Source: Candidatus Odyssella sp.
Lineage (GTDB): Bacteria > Pseudomonadota > Alphaproteobacteria > Paracaedibacterales > Paracaedibacteraceae
Direction: 5' to 3'
DNA: 64,000 bases
Assembly (NCBI GenBank): GCA_020718185.1
Contig: DYSP01000001.1
Span: forward strand, 22,913 to 86,912
In this document: positions 53,526-63,476 of the stretch, in pieces
How the letters are laid out: each line of letters begins with the position of its first letter
Numbering within the stretch: the first letter of the stretch is position 1
Program-made: the position numbers and the translations under genes
The notes under the pieces: model-generated
Seen by the model: only the letters and a program-made list of their open reading frames with translations
The model's database searches: none
Told to the model about the DNA's origin: nothing

Positions 53526-53571
53526 TTTCATCAATTTTCTAGTTTGATGAAATTATGTTGCTTTAACTATA
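53507..53571 (-). repeat. Short palindromic derivative of the 7684 element (right-arm type); supplies the ABC gene stop codon
   Basis: TATAGCTAAAGCAACATAATTTCATCAA / TTGATGAAATTATGTTGCTTTAACTATA. First 36 nt equal the reverse complement of 7811-7846. Confidence 0.9.
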
Positions 53572-53596
53572 CAAATGATCATGAGACTAATAATTA

Positions 53597-54487
53597 TTAA
53601 TTCTTACGATTTAAAACCCAAGGGATAACAGCCTGAAGCATCCCTCCTTTATGAGGAAGTTGTTCTAGTAATTGCATAGCCTCGCCAACTAATTTAACTA
53701 AAAATTCTTTAGACTCTGCCACACCTAAAAGATTCACAAGATTATTTTTACCCGCATCTTGGGCTATTGGCTTACCCATGGAATCTGCTGTACCCTCGAT
53801 ATCCAATAAATCATCGGTAATTTGAAAAATAAGTCCAAATAAATGGCCAAATTGCTTTAAAAAATTAACTTCTGAAGCAGAAGCACCGGCGATAATGGCA
53901 CTAGCCTGGCAACTTGCAGCAATTAAACACCCAGTTTTTAATTTCTGCATTTCCAAAATTGCTTCCATATTAGTCGGCTGAGTAGGAAATAGATCAAACA
54001 TCTGCCCCGCGGCCATACCTCGGGCACCTGATTCTTGTGTCAACATCAGGATTAATGCTGATCTTGTCATTGTGCCAAGATAGGCATCTTGCGCCACAAC
54101 TTGAAATGCCAACGTCAGCAACGTATCACCCGTTAAAATAGCAGTCGGAATATCAAATTGTTTCCATGTACTAGGTTTCCCTCGCCTTAATTCTGAATTA
54201 TCTAAGGAAGGTAAATCATCATGAACCAAAGAATAACAATGAATAAGTTCAATAGCGCACGCAACCGAATCAGCTTCTTCATGAGGTACATCGTAAATAT
54301 CTGCAACGGCATACGTTAAAAAAGGACGGAAACGCTTCCCCCCCCCTGTTAGTGCATAGGTCATTGCACGATCTAATTTTTCATGACAGCGAGCATCTTT
54401 TAAGAGTACGGCTAAATGTTGTTCAACCCGCTGTTGCACTTCATATAAATAATGCTGGAGATTATAAGATTCTGGAATTTGGGTCAT
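53597..54487 (-). CDS. ispA: Farnesyl diphosphate synthase
   Basis: GGKRFRP, HDDLP..D...LRRGKPS, GQMFD, FQITDD. Follows xseB. Confidence 0.93.
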   Translation of the reverse strand: MTQIPESYNLQHYLYEVQQRVEQHLAVLLKDARCHEKLDRAMTYALTGGGKRFRPFLTYAVADIYDVPHEEADSVACAIELIHCYSLVHDDLPSLDNSELRRGKPSTWKQFDIPTAILTGDTLLTLAFQVVAQDAYLGTMTRSALILMLTQESGARGMAAGQMFDLFPTQPTNMEAILEMQKLKTGCLIAASCQASAIIAGASASEVNFLKQFGHLFGLIFQITDDLLDIEGTADSMGKPIAQDAGKNNLVNLLGVAESKEFLVKLVGEAMQLLEQLPHKGGMLQAVIPWVLNRKN

Positions 54488-54510
54488 AAAATACTCTTCA
54501 ATATTAAAGA

Positions 54511-54759
54511 TTATTCAGCATCAAATGGTGCAAGAGAAGGTTCTCCTGTGCCACTTAAGATAACTTGATCAACACGTAATTTTGCTGCCTGTAACTTTGT
54601 TTCACAGTGATTTTTTAAAAGAGTGCCACGTTCATACGCTTGCATGGCCTCTTCCAGTGGTAAGCGCCCCTCTTCCAATCGCCGCACTAAAATTTCAAGC
54701 TCCTGCATGGCCTGCTCAAAAGACAAGTTTGCTACGGTTTTGGTCGTTTTTTCTGTCAT
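54511..54759 (-). CDS. xseB: Exodeoxyribonuclease VII small subunit
   Basis: SFEQAMQELE.LV..LE.G...LEEA...YERG..L...C...L. Confidence 0.95.
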   Translation of the reverse strand: MTEKTTKTVANLSFEQAMQELEILVRRLEEGRLPLEEAMQAYERGTLLKNHCETKLQAAKLRVDQVILSGTGEPSLAPFDAE

Positions 54760-54829
54760 CAGCCTATTCCCTATATATCCTCTAAAACCCTAAAAGAGTT
54801 AGACTCCACTTACAAAAAGTTGATGAAAC

Positions 54830-55675
54830 CTAGGTATAACTATAAAATCCTTTACCATTTTTACGCCCTAACCAACCTGCATTCACATAATTGATTAACA
54901 AAGGACATGGACGATATTTACTATCACTGAATCCATGATGCAAGACTTGCATGATGGAAAGACATGTGTCCAGACCAATTAAATCAGCCAATGCTAAAGG
55001 CCCCATCGGTTGATTTGTCCCTAATTTCATTGCAATGTCAATATCTTCAACCGTTGCTACCCCTTCATACAAAGCATACATTGCTTCGTTAATCATTGGC
55101 ATTAAAATACGATTGACAATAAAACCAGGATAATCTTTTGACATCACCATAGTCTTATTGAGCTTTGAGACAAGTTTTTCCATTGCTTCAAAGGTTGCAT
55201 CTGATGTAGCTAAGCCTCGGATAACTTCCACCAACTGCATCACCGGCACAGGATTCATAAAATGAAGACCCACCACTTTTTCAGGTCGATCCGTTACGGC
55301 TGCTAGCTGGGTGATGGAGATAGAAGATGTATTAGTCGCAAAAATACAATCTGCATTAATATCAGCGGTAATATGGCGCAATACTTGTTGTTTAAGAGTT
55401 ATATTTTCACTAACAGCTTCAATAACCAATTGTACGGCTGAGTCACGTATCTTGTCACTATAGACAATCCTTGCTTTTGCTTTTTCTCGCTCAAGGGCAG
55501 TAATAAGGTTTTTTTTCAATTGACGTTCAAAATTGCCATCAATGCTTATTGTTGCTTTTTCCAATTGAGCAGTAGAAATATCAACCAGTTCGACCTGATA
55601 ACCAGCAAGAGCGGCAACATGAGCAATGCCGCTGCCCATTTGCCCGGCACCCAGAACAGCAATTTTCTCAATCAC
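54830..55675 (-). CDS. hbd: 3-hydroxybutyryl-CoA dehydrogenase
   Basis: GAGQMGSGIA, NTSSISIT, HFMNPVP, PGFIVNR, PMGPL.LAD.IGLD. Confidence 0.93.
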   Translation of the reverse strand: MIEKIAVLGAGQMGSGIAHVAALAGYQVELVDISTAQLEKATISIDGNFERQLKKNLITALEREKAKARIVYSDKIRDSAVQLVIEAVSENITLKQQVLRHITADINADCIFATNTSSISITQLAAVTDRPEKVVGLHFMNPVPVMQLVEVIRGLATSDATFEAMEKLVSKLNKTMVMSKDYPGFIVNRILMPMINEAMYALYEGVATVEDIDIAMKLGTNQPMGPLALADLIGLDTCLSIMQVLHHGFSDSKYRPCPLLINYVNAGWLGRKNGKGFYSYT

Positions 55676-56604
55676 TTCTTAAAACTCTGAGTAAGTTTTG
55701 GCACAACATCAAATAAATCACCAACGAAACCATAATCTGCTATTTGGAAAATAGGTGCATCAGCATCTTTATTAATCGCAATAATTGTTTTACTTTCTTT
55801 CATACCCGCCAAATGTTGGATAGCACCTGAAATACCAATGGCAATATAAAGATCAGGTGCCACAACTTTGCCTGTTTGCCCCACTTGATAGTCATTAGGC
55901 ACATAACCTGCATCAACAGCGGCACGTGACGCGCCCACAGCAGCCCCTAAAACATCAGCTAGGTCATCAATAATGTGAAAATTTTCTTTGCTCCCCAGAC
56001 CACGACCCCCAGAAACAACGACGTTTGCAGAAGCAAGTTCTGGTCGTTCACTTTTCGATTCTTCTAATTTTACAAAAGTTGCGTTGGTCTGCATTCCTGA
56101 AAATACTTTTTTCTCGATGGCTGCTTGTCCACCAACATTTGCCTTATCGAATACTGTTGGGCGAATTGTCATTACCTTTTTAGCATCTTGACTTTCAACT
56201 GTCACAATCGCATTACCTGCATAAATAGGGCGATCAAACTGTTCAGGCGAATGAATTTTAATCACATCTGAAATTTGCATCACATCTAATTTTGCTGCAA
56301 TTCTTGGCATGACGTTTTTACCAAATGTTGTAGCGGGGGCTAAAAGGTGCGTGTAATCAGCCGCAATCATCATAATGGCTTGTTCACATGTTTCAGCCAT
56401 GGGATACACTAGCGCCGCACCATCTATCTGAATAACTTTTTCCACCCCAGCGGTTTTTGCGACCTCAGCCGCTACAGCATCAATATTGTGCCCACAGATA
56501 ACAACATCCACCTGATTATTTAAAACCAAACCAGCTGTAATTGTATTGAGTGTGGCTACCTTAATAGATTGGCCATCATGTTCTGCAACAACCAAAACGC
56601 GCAT
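55672..56604 (-). CDS. etfA: Electron transfer flavoprotein alpha subunit
   Basis: [39 protein letters not shown]. Confidence 0.97.
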   Translation of the reverse strand: MRVLVVAEHDGQSIKVATLNTITAGLVLNNQVDVVICGHNIDAVAAEVAKTAGVEKVIQIDGAALVYPMAETCEQAIMMIAADYTHLLAPATTFGKNVMPRIAAKLDVMQISDVIKIHSPEQFDRPIYAGNAIVTVESQDAKKVMTIRPTVFDKANVGGQAAIEKKVFSGMQTNATFVKLEESKSERPELASANVVVSGGRGLGSKENFHIIDDLADVLGAAVGASRAAVDAGYVPNDYQVGQTGKVVAPDLYIAIGISGAIQHLAGMKESKTIIAINKDADAPIFQIADYGFVGDLFDVVPKLTQSFKK

Positions 56605-57344
56605 CAGATCACCTTCCGAATTTGTTCAATGATTTCTTCAATATCTGCAACTTTTTTACCACCTTTACGAACAGGTGGTTCTGCCATTTTTACAATTTTA
56701 AGATGGATTTTTTGCTCAATTCCCATATCGTCCAATGAAATACTTGTCAAAGGTTTTTGTTTGGCTTTCATAATGTTAGGCAATGTTGCATAGCGAGGCG
56801 TATTTAATCGCAAATCAGTTGTGATAATGGCTGGTAATGTCAGGTTAATTTCTTCTAGCCCTCCATCAATTTCCCGCGTAACATTGGCGTTTTTGCCACT
56901 GATTTCTAATTTAGAGATAAATGTTCCCTGCGGCCAGTCGAGAAGTGCTGCCAACATTTGACCAACCTGATTGCAATCATCATCAATGGCTTGTTTTCCT
57001 AAAATCACCAATTCAGGCTGCTCTTCCTTGATAACGTGTTTCAAAGCCTTGGCCACGGTAAGTGATTCAGGTGATGGATCACATTCAATGTGAATTGCTC
57101 TGTCAGCCCCAAGAGCCAAAGCTTGACGTAAAGTATCCTGCGCTGCTTTTGGCCCCATGCTCACAACAACGATTTCATTAGCTATTCCTTTTTCTTTTAA
57201 ACGAACAGCTTCTTCGACCGCAATTTCATCAAATGGATTCATCGACATTTTAACATTGGCAATATCAACGTCACTACCATCGCTTTTAACACGAACTTTG
57301 ACATTATAGTCAACAACACGTTTGATACTTACTAAAATTTTCAT
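56604..57344 (-). CDS. etfB: Electron transfer flavoprotein beta subunit
   Basis: KRVVD, MNPFDEIAVEEA, GKQAIDDD, DLRLN.PRY. Confidence 0.97.
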   Translation of the reverse strand: MKILVSIKRVVDYNVKVRVKSDGSDVDIANVKMSMNPFDEIAVEEAVRLKEKGIANEIVVVSMGPKAAQDTLRQALALGADRAIHIECDPSPESLTVAKALKHVIKEEQPELVILGKQAIDDDCNQVGQMLAALLDWPQGTFISKLEISGKNANVTREIDGGLEEINLTLPAIITTDLRLNTPRYATLPNIMKAKQKPLTSISLDDMGIEQKIHLKIVKMAEPPVRKGGKKVADIEEIIEQIRKVI

Positions 57345-57362
57345 TATACCCTCAATCTAGAT

Positions 57363-57917
57363 TTAACGATTTGCCCCAGGAATCCACAAAATGTCGGATA
57401 GTCCATTATGATTTTCAACACGTGCTAACACAAAAAGCAAATCTGACAATCGATTCAAATATTTTATTAATTCTAAATTTAGCGCAAATTTTTCACTTAA
57501 AGCAACTACATCTCGTTCTGCACGCCGTACAATTGTTCTTGCCATATGTAGATGAGTCGCAGCTGCATTGCCCCCAGGTAGGATAAACGAATTCAACGGT
57601 GTTAATTGTTGATTTAAAATATCAATCTGTTCTTCCAACCAAGTGACTTGTGTAGTAGAAATCCTTAACACTGTTTCATCAAGATTGGGTATACATAAAT
57701 CTGCCCCAGCATCAAACAAATCATTTTGAATACGACTTAAAATATTATCTATTTCGGTAGAGACATGTAGACGGCAAACGCCAATGATTGAATTGGATTC
57801 ATCAACCCCCCCCATAGCTATAACCCGTAAGTCTGATTTTGAAACACGGTCTCCAGACCCAAGTGAGGTGTGTCCTTTATCACCTCCACGCGTATAAATT
57901 CGACTAAGAAGTACCAT
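57363..57917 (-). CDS. ATP:cob(I)alamin adenosyltransferase, PduO type
   Basis: IYTRGGDKG.T, G.VDE.NS, FILPGG, RRAER, YLNRLSD.LF. Start set at ATG 57917. Confidence 0.93.
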   Translation of the reverse strand: MVLLSRIYTRGGDKGHTSLGSGDRVSKSDLRVIAMGGVDESNSIIGVCRLHVSTEIDNILSRIQNDLFDAGADLCIPNLDETVLRISTTQVTWLEEQIDILNQQLTPLNSFILPGGNAAATHLHMARTIVRRAERDVVALSEKFALNLELIKYLNRLSDLLFVLARVENHNGLSDILWIPGANR

Positions 57918-57919
57918 AT

Positions 57920-58090
57920 TTAATGTCCAAACCATAAAATTAAAAAAAAGATACCCAGCGCAACAGCCTGTAATAAAACACGCCAACGCATTGCTTCGTT
58001 AGCGTATTTTGCATCAAAAGAACCGCCTTTAAAAAAGCTAACAAGACCAAAAGCAAGCGAAACAACAACTGCAGCCAGTGCGATAAACAT
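57920..58090 (-). CDS. HIG1-like twin-transmembrane small protein (not in ORF track)
   Basis: 56 aa MFIALAAVVVSLAFGLVSFFKGG...YANEAMRWRVLLQAVA.... N..MR.RV..Q motif and usual position upstream of pduO-etf. Confidence 0.85.
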   Translation of the reverse strand: MFIALAAVVVSLAFGLVSFFKGGSFDAKYANEAMRWRVLLQAVALGIFFLILWFGH

Positions 58091-58264
58091 TAAAGTGGAT
58101 AAAATAGTTTATCTCCTTGCTTTCGAATCATCGTAGTGAGTCTTTACATAATTAGTTATTTTGAGATATATCAAAAATGACTCAACAATTATCTGTGCCA
58201 AAATGCCGCAACTTCATTTAACTCTCAAATCAGATCATTGGAACCTCAAATGGGGAGTATTTAT

Positions 58265-59554
58265 TTAAATATTGGCATTGTCTTTAGAATATCGGACAAA
58301 ATGTAATAATAGCCAGCTGAGGAATAGACAGACTGGTACGGCTAAAATAGAAGTTTGATAAGCATCAATTCCGTAAAAGCGTGTACCATCTTCATCAAAT
58401 CCGCCGCTCCATGCCCAATCAAGCAACAACCCCAGTAATGGTTGGAAAATAATACCACTCATCATGACCGTTGCATTGGTAAAGCCCATAGCAGTCCCCC
58501 CCATATGGTGAGGAACAGCTTCTTTAACACAAGCAAAGCTTAATATTTGCCCACCTGTAAAAATGCCTGCAAAAAATAAAAGGCTGAACATAGCATTTAA
58601 AGAAAGTTCAGGAACATAAATAATAGCTAAAAATAAGGCAGTTGTGCAAATGGCTGAGAGGCTCATTATTTTAACGCGACTTTGTAAATAATCAGAGCAT
58701 TTAGCTGCAATAGGGCTACCTACGGCAATACCCAAATACAACATCACGTTGGCAAAAGAAGCAGTTTCATTGCTAATTCCGTATTTTTGCATCAAAAAAG
58801 GAACAGCCCATAGTTCGCAAAATGCCGAGATTGGTACATACATAAGCCCACCAAAAATAGCAAAAATCCATAATCGTGGTTGACGTGTAATATAGATAAG
58901 ATCACTTAAGAAATGTGCGTTTTCTTTCTCAGAAGAAGAAGTAACACTGCGGCGTTCTCGAATAATCAGCCAACATAAGCCCGCCAAAATCAAACCCAAA
59001 TAAGCAACAATCATCGTGGCATAGCGCCAACCAAAATTATTGACAAGTAAGGCAAATGGGGGGCCGCTGAACATACCACCAACGGTGCCCATCATATTTG
59101 TAAGGCTGGCAATAAGGGCAAACTGGGCGGGTAAAAACCAATCAGCACTAATTTTAAGACAGCTAATAAACGCACAAGCAGAGCCAGCACCAATAAGAAA
59201 ACGACCAAATTGTGCAAGAGGTAGAGACGTGCTGTAGGCAAAACATAAACTACCTATCACACATAATAATGTTGAAAAAGTAATCACGCGGCGGGTGCCA
59301 AGACGATCAACAATAATTCCGCAAGGAACTTGCAATGCCACATAAGCATAATAGTAGAATGATGTTAACACCCCAAGAGCAGTAGACGTAACGTTGAAGT
59401 CACGCATTAAATCTTCTGTCATGACACTAGGAGAAGCCCTTAGAATCATTTCGTAAAAATAAAAGAGACTTGCAAATGTCCAAATGATCCAAGATCTAGC
59501 TGAAGGTATAGCAGTTTTCGCTTCTTTTGAAGCTGTTGTTATAGAATTTTGCAT
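58265..59554 (-). CDS. MFS transporter
   Basis: FYFYE..LR, QVPCGIIVDRLG.RR, about 12 TM. Paralog of its neighbour. Confidence 0.9.
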   Translation of the reverse strand: MQNSITTASKEAKTAIPSARSWIIWTFASLFYFYEMILRASPSVMTEDLMRDFNVTSTALGVLTSFYYYAYVALQVPCGIIVDRLGTRRVITFSTLLCVIGSLCFAYSTSLPLAQFGRFLIGAGSACAFISCLKISADWFLPAQFALIASLTNMMGTVGGMFSGPPFALLVNNFGWRYATMIVAYLGLILAGLCWLIIRERRSVTSSSEKENAHFLSDLIYITRQPRLWIFAIFGGLMYVPISAFCELWAVPFLMQKYGISNETASFANVMLYLGIAVGSPIAAKCSDYLQSRVKIMSLSAICTTALFLAIIYVPELSLNAMFSLLFFAGIFTGGQILSFACVKEAVPHHMGGTAMGFTNATVMMSGIIFQPLLGLLLDWAWSGGFDEDGTRFYGIDAYQTSILAVPVCLFLSWLLLHFVRYSKDNANI

Positions 59555-59573
59555 TGTTTATCTTTCTTAAAGA

Positions 59574-60908
59574 TCAAGAAGCTTTATTGGTTTCGTATGT
59601 CTCGCGGACAAACCACATAACAAACCATGCACAAAGCAAACAAAGGGGCACAGTTGTCAAAGCTTGTTGATAATCATGTAGAGTATAGATAGGCATTCCT
59701 TCACTGTTTATATTACCATCCCACACGTGGTCAAGGATAATACCAAGTAAAGGTTGGAAGATGATGCCGCTTGACATTACTAAAGCATTTGTAAATCCAA
59801 TAGTTGTGCCACTGTATTGAGGTGGTGTAATTTCTTTGGCGGCAGCAAAGTATAAAATTTGTCCTCCACACATAAATCCTGCAATAAATAAGAGAACATA
59901 GGTAAGATCAAGTGAAATATCAGGAACATAGATCACATAACTAAACACAAGCATGGTCGTGATAGCCGACCAGGACATCACTTTCACTCGGCTTTTAATA
60001 AGATTAGAAAAAATAGCACCAAGAGGGCTTCCAAGAGCCATACCCAAAAAGATCATAGCGCTGGCAAAAGAAGCTGTTTCATTGTTAATGCCATGAGCCT
60101 TCATCAAATAAGGTACACCCCAAAGTTCAGCAAAGGCAGAAAGCGGAACATACATTAGTCCACCATAAATACCAATTAACCAGACTTGAGGATTGCGAGA
60201 AATAACTTTCAACCCATGTAAAAGAGTATTGCTTGAATCATTATTAGAAGAGTCTTGATTTGTGCGATCTGGGTTACGATCTCGAATAATAAGCCATGCA
60301 GCTATTGTCACACCAATACCAACAATGGCAGCAATCACCATTGCATCGCGCCAACCAATGGCATTGGCAAGCATTGCAAATGGTTTTCCTCCAAGCATGC
60401 CCCCAAACGTTCCCATCATCATGGTAACGCCAGCAATCACAGCAAAGCGTTCTGGACGAAACCATGTGGCTCCAACAGTTGTACAAGATAGATAGGCACA
60501 TGCAGAGCCTGCTCCTAGCAAAAACCTTGCAATTTGAGCAACAAATAAATCTGTACTATAAGCAAAAAGAAGGCTGCCGATAGTGCAAAATAGCGCAGAA
60601 AAAGTCACAACAGGGCGGACACCAAATCGGTCAACGATAACACCGCAAGGAATTTGAAGCGGAACATAGGCAATGTAGTAAAAGGAAACAAGAACGCCAA
60701 GTGATGTTGCTTGAACATTAAAAGCAAGCATTAAGTCATCGGTAATAACGCTTGAAGAAACTCTTAAAACATATTCGTATAGGTAAAATAAGGCAGCACA
60801 ACCCCACATAACCCAGGCGATTGCTTCAGAAGGATAGGTGTTCTTTTTTGATCCTAAGGCTGCTAGAAAATCGTCGTCTTTATCTATTTTTTCGACAATT
60901 GTATTCAT
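59574..60908 (-). CDS. MFS transporter
   Basis: FYLYEYVLR, QIPCGVIVDRFG, SAFAELWGVPYL, FQPLLG. Confidence 0.9.
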   Translation of the reverse strand: MNTIVEKIDKDDDFLAALGSKKNTYPSEAIAWVMWGCAALFYLYEYVLRVSSSVITDDLMLAFNVQATSLGVLVSFYYIAYVPLQIPCGVIVDRFGVRPVVTFSALFCTIGSLLFAYSTDLFVAQIARFLLGAGSACAYLSCTTVGATWFRPERFAVIAGVTMMMGTFGGMLGGKPFAMLANAIGWRDAMVIAAIVGIGVTIAAWLIIRDRNPDRTNQDSSNNDSSNTLLHGLKVISRNPQVWLIGIYGGLMYVPLSAFAELWGVPYLMKAHGINNETASFASAMIFLGMALGSPLGAIFSNLIKSRVKVMSWSAITTMLVFSYVIYVPDISLDLTYVLLFIAGFMCGGQILYFAAAKEITPPQYSGTTIGFTNALVMSSGIIFQPLLGIILDHVWDGNINSEGMPIYTLHDYQQALTTVPLCLLCAWFVMWFVRETYETNKAS

Positions 60909-61322
60909 CGTGACATGTCCTTTTTATTATTACTAGAAATATTTCAAAAGTTCTTATTATTGATGGATCACTTTTATGCATTATTTTTTAACCTATCAAC
61001 TATGTAATGTTTTTTGCAAGATTCGCAAGCAAAAAATCATAAAAAATCACCATCATTGAAATATAATAATTAAAAAGTGAAAATTTTGGTAATTTTATTC
61101 TATTTTTAAGGGGCGCTGATTTGAGAACCATCAAGTTAGAGCATTCAGATTCCAAGAAAGATGTTAGCAAGAGAAAAAATTTTAATATGGCTTATGACAT
61201 TATCAGTTTCTCCTCCTCGTCATCGTTTTCCAGTTTCTATCATCAGTCAAGCCGTATAAGATTCATCATCGATTTAACAATAGTTATCGTGATGAAGAAC
61301 AACCAGCTTATTAAAGAAAACT

Positions 61323-61722
61323 AAGCTTAGTCAGTGCTTAAAAGATCCGAGTCAAAGACGAGAGTATAATAAAGCTTGTGTTGCTTTAGCCAATAAAAAT
61401 GCACGTATATTACGGGCAATATTAACCAAATAAACAGTTTATCAGGAAGAAGCTTAACCATTTTTAATGATTAAACACGATGATTTTCACAAAATTGCTA
61501 AAGGTAAATAATAAGAACCCAAATGGATAAACCGTTTTTATAAGCTCTAGAATCGTCATGGCAATCTATTGATTACCGATAACTTGATTGAGCCAATGAA
61601 AGCACATGCAGATCTTCTCAAGGCTAGAGTTGTAAATTAACTCAAAAATAAGCCGGATATATGACTGCAATATTATTTAAAAGTTCAACTTTTTACCTTG
61701 CAATATGCAGTGGACTATATAT
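61323..61722 (+). mobile_element. IS110-family (IS1111-like) remnant: transposase C-terminus plus 3' non-coding end
   Basis: KLSQCLKDPSQRREYNKACVALANKNARILRAIL matches the IS110 C-terminal KA.VA.A.K.AR motif. Premature TAA at 61431. Downstream GCCGGATATATGACTGCA and TTGCAA...GGACTATATA. Confidence 0.75.
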
Positions 61723-61839
61723 GACTATTCCACATTAGGTTATAAATTGATGATTTTTTACGTTAATTTATACCAAATACTTCTGTTATTTTTATAAGGG
61801 TATGAGGAATTCTTGTTTGATATATTAAGGGAGGGTTGT

Positions 61840-62016
61840 ATGGATAACTTTCATAAAAATAAAACAGAAGAATTACCCAAAAAAAATAAAATTTATGAAA
61901 AACTTGAAGACGGTGCTTTTGCAAAAGCTTTAGAAAGAGAACTACAGCTTTTGCAAAAACAGCAAATTCAAGAATTTAAATCACATTATGATTATCCATC
62001 AAAAAGGATGAACTAA
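61840..62016 (+). CDS. Small hypothetical protein
   Basis: GGAGG RBS before ATG 61840, 58 aa, followed by a hairpin. Confidence 0.45.
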   Translation: MDNFHKNKTEELPKKNKIYEKLEDGAFAKALERELQLLQKQQIQEFKSHYDYPSKRMN

Positions 62017-62044
62017 AGTGATTCGTTTCGGATAAATAAGTAAG

Positions 62045-62074
62045 GGCACACAGTGAAGTGTGCCTGTCTTTTTT
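62045..62074. terminator. Hairpin terminator between convergent genes
   Basis: GGCACAC-AGTGAA-GTGTGCC followed by a T-rich tract. Confidence 0.65.
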
Positions 62075-63476
62075 ACCAAATGCCCAAAGCCTTCCACCAT
62101 ATGCCGCCAATTCCAAACCATATAATTAAGTTGACGATACTAATGGCAAAGCCAACACCCCACCATGCACCAATTGAAATATAGCCAGATCCATAAAAAA
62201 TGGCTGAACTACTTGCTCCGTAATGAGTCATGGCAGAAAATAAGCTAGAGCAAAATCCAAGACTAAGAGCCGCCAAAAGAGGCGGAGTTCCGACGCTAAT
62301 TGCCACCGCCAAAAAGGCAGCATACATAGCACTGACGTGAGATGTATTACTTGCAAATAAATAATGGCTATAATAATAAATGAGCACTAATATGCTAAAG
62401 GCCCATGTCCAATCAAGGCCGATAACATGACCAGAAACCATATTGCTAAACCAAGAAATAACACCAAAAATTTGTAAATATTTGGCCAACATGACCAAAA
62501 TGGCAAACCAAATAAGCGTATGCCATGCCTCTTTTTCAGATAAAATGTCGTCCCAAGTTAAAATCTTGGTTATTAATAATAAGCATAAACCTAGCAATGC
62601 TGTGGTGGCGCTACTAATTCCATAGGTTTCACCAAAAATCCATAGCACTAGCATAAAAGCAAAAATGCCTGTCATGATCCATTCATTTTTGCTCATTGAA
62701 CCCATGTCGTGCAATTTCTTTGTGGCAATTTCTACAGCATTGTCAAACGTTTTAATTGTAGGAGGGTAGATAATGTAGATCAACAAAGGAATTAAAATCA
62801 AACTTAAGATACCAGGAACAATAGCGGCAAGAGCCCAATTCCCCCAAGTAATATTGACGCCTTGAGCAGCTGCAAAGGATTGCATCATCGGATTTGCTGC
62901 CATAGCTGTTAGAAACATTGCACTGGTGATAAGATTGCCATGATAAGACACAAGATTTAAAAACGCACCAATTCGCCTGTTTGTTTTATTATCTGGATGG
63001 CTATCAAGAGATTCTGAAATTGCCTGAACCACTGGATACATTATACCCCCGGCTCGTGCAGCGCTACTGGGAATAAAGGGCGAAATAATAAACTCAGTGA
63101 CAGCAAGGCTATACCCTAGGCCTAATGATTTTCGGCCGAAAAGCTTGACAAAGAAAAACGCAATGCGCGTACCAAGTTGCGTTTTGATAAATCCACGTGC
63201 AATAAAAAAAACATAAATAACTAGCCAAATAACTGACGATCCATACCCCCCCAAGGCTTCAGGTTCTAGTTTTAACGTACCAGTCATAAGAGTGGCTGCC
63301 ATACTGATTAATGCAACTGCGCCCATCGGTAATGGTTTAAAAATTAACCCCACGATAGTAGCCACAAAAATAGCAAGAAGCTTCCATCCTCTTGGATCCA
63401 TTCCTTCGGGTGTGGGGCAAAGGTAGATAAGAATTCCTACTAAAACGGGAATCAAAAAACTTATTATTTTTTTCAT
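62073..63476 (-). CDS. DASS family anion:sodium symporter (CitT / 2-oxoglutarate-malate translocator-like)
   Basis: W.LLAIFVATI, IPSSAARAGG, SAMFLTAMAANP, AWHTLIW, HYLFASNTSH. Confidence 0.93.
   Translation of the reverse strand: MKKIISFLIPVLVGILIYLCPTPEGMDPRGWKLLAIFVATIVGLIFKPLPMGAVALISMAATLMTGTLKLEPEALGGYGSSVIWLVIYVFFIARGFIKTQLGTRIAFFFVKLFGRKSLGLGYSLAVTEFIISPFIPSSAARAGGIMYPVVQAISESLDSHPDNKTNRRIGAFLNLVSYHGNLITSAMFLTAMAANPMMQSFAAAQGVNITWGNWALAAIVPGILSLILIPLLIYIIYPPTIKTFDNAVEIATKKLHDMGSMSKNEWIMTGIFAFMLVLWIFGETYGISSATTALLGLCLLLITKILTWDDILSEKEAWHTLIWFAILVMLAKYLQIFGVISWFSNMVSGHVIGLDWTWAFSILVLIYYYSHYLFASNTSHVSAMYAAFLAVAISVGTPPLLAALSLGFCSSLFSAMTHYGASSSAIFYGSGYISIGAWWGVGFAISIVNLIIWFGIGGIWWKALGIW

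Noticed and set aside
61121-61324. 67-aa ORF before the IS relic
   Set aside because: TTG start, low complexity, no motif. Could not be joined convincingly to the transposase fragment.
802-62625. Many short antisense or alternate-frame ORFs in the track
   Set aside because: They lie inside well-supported genes and have no motifs. Treated as shadow ORFs.
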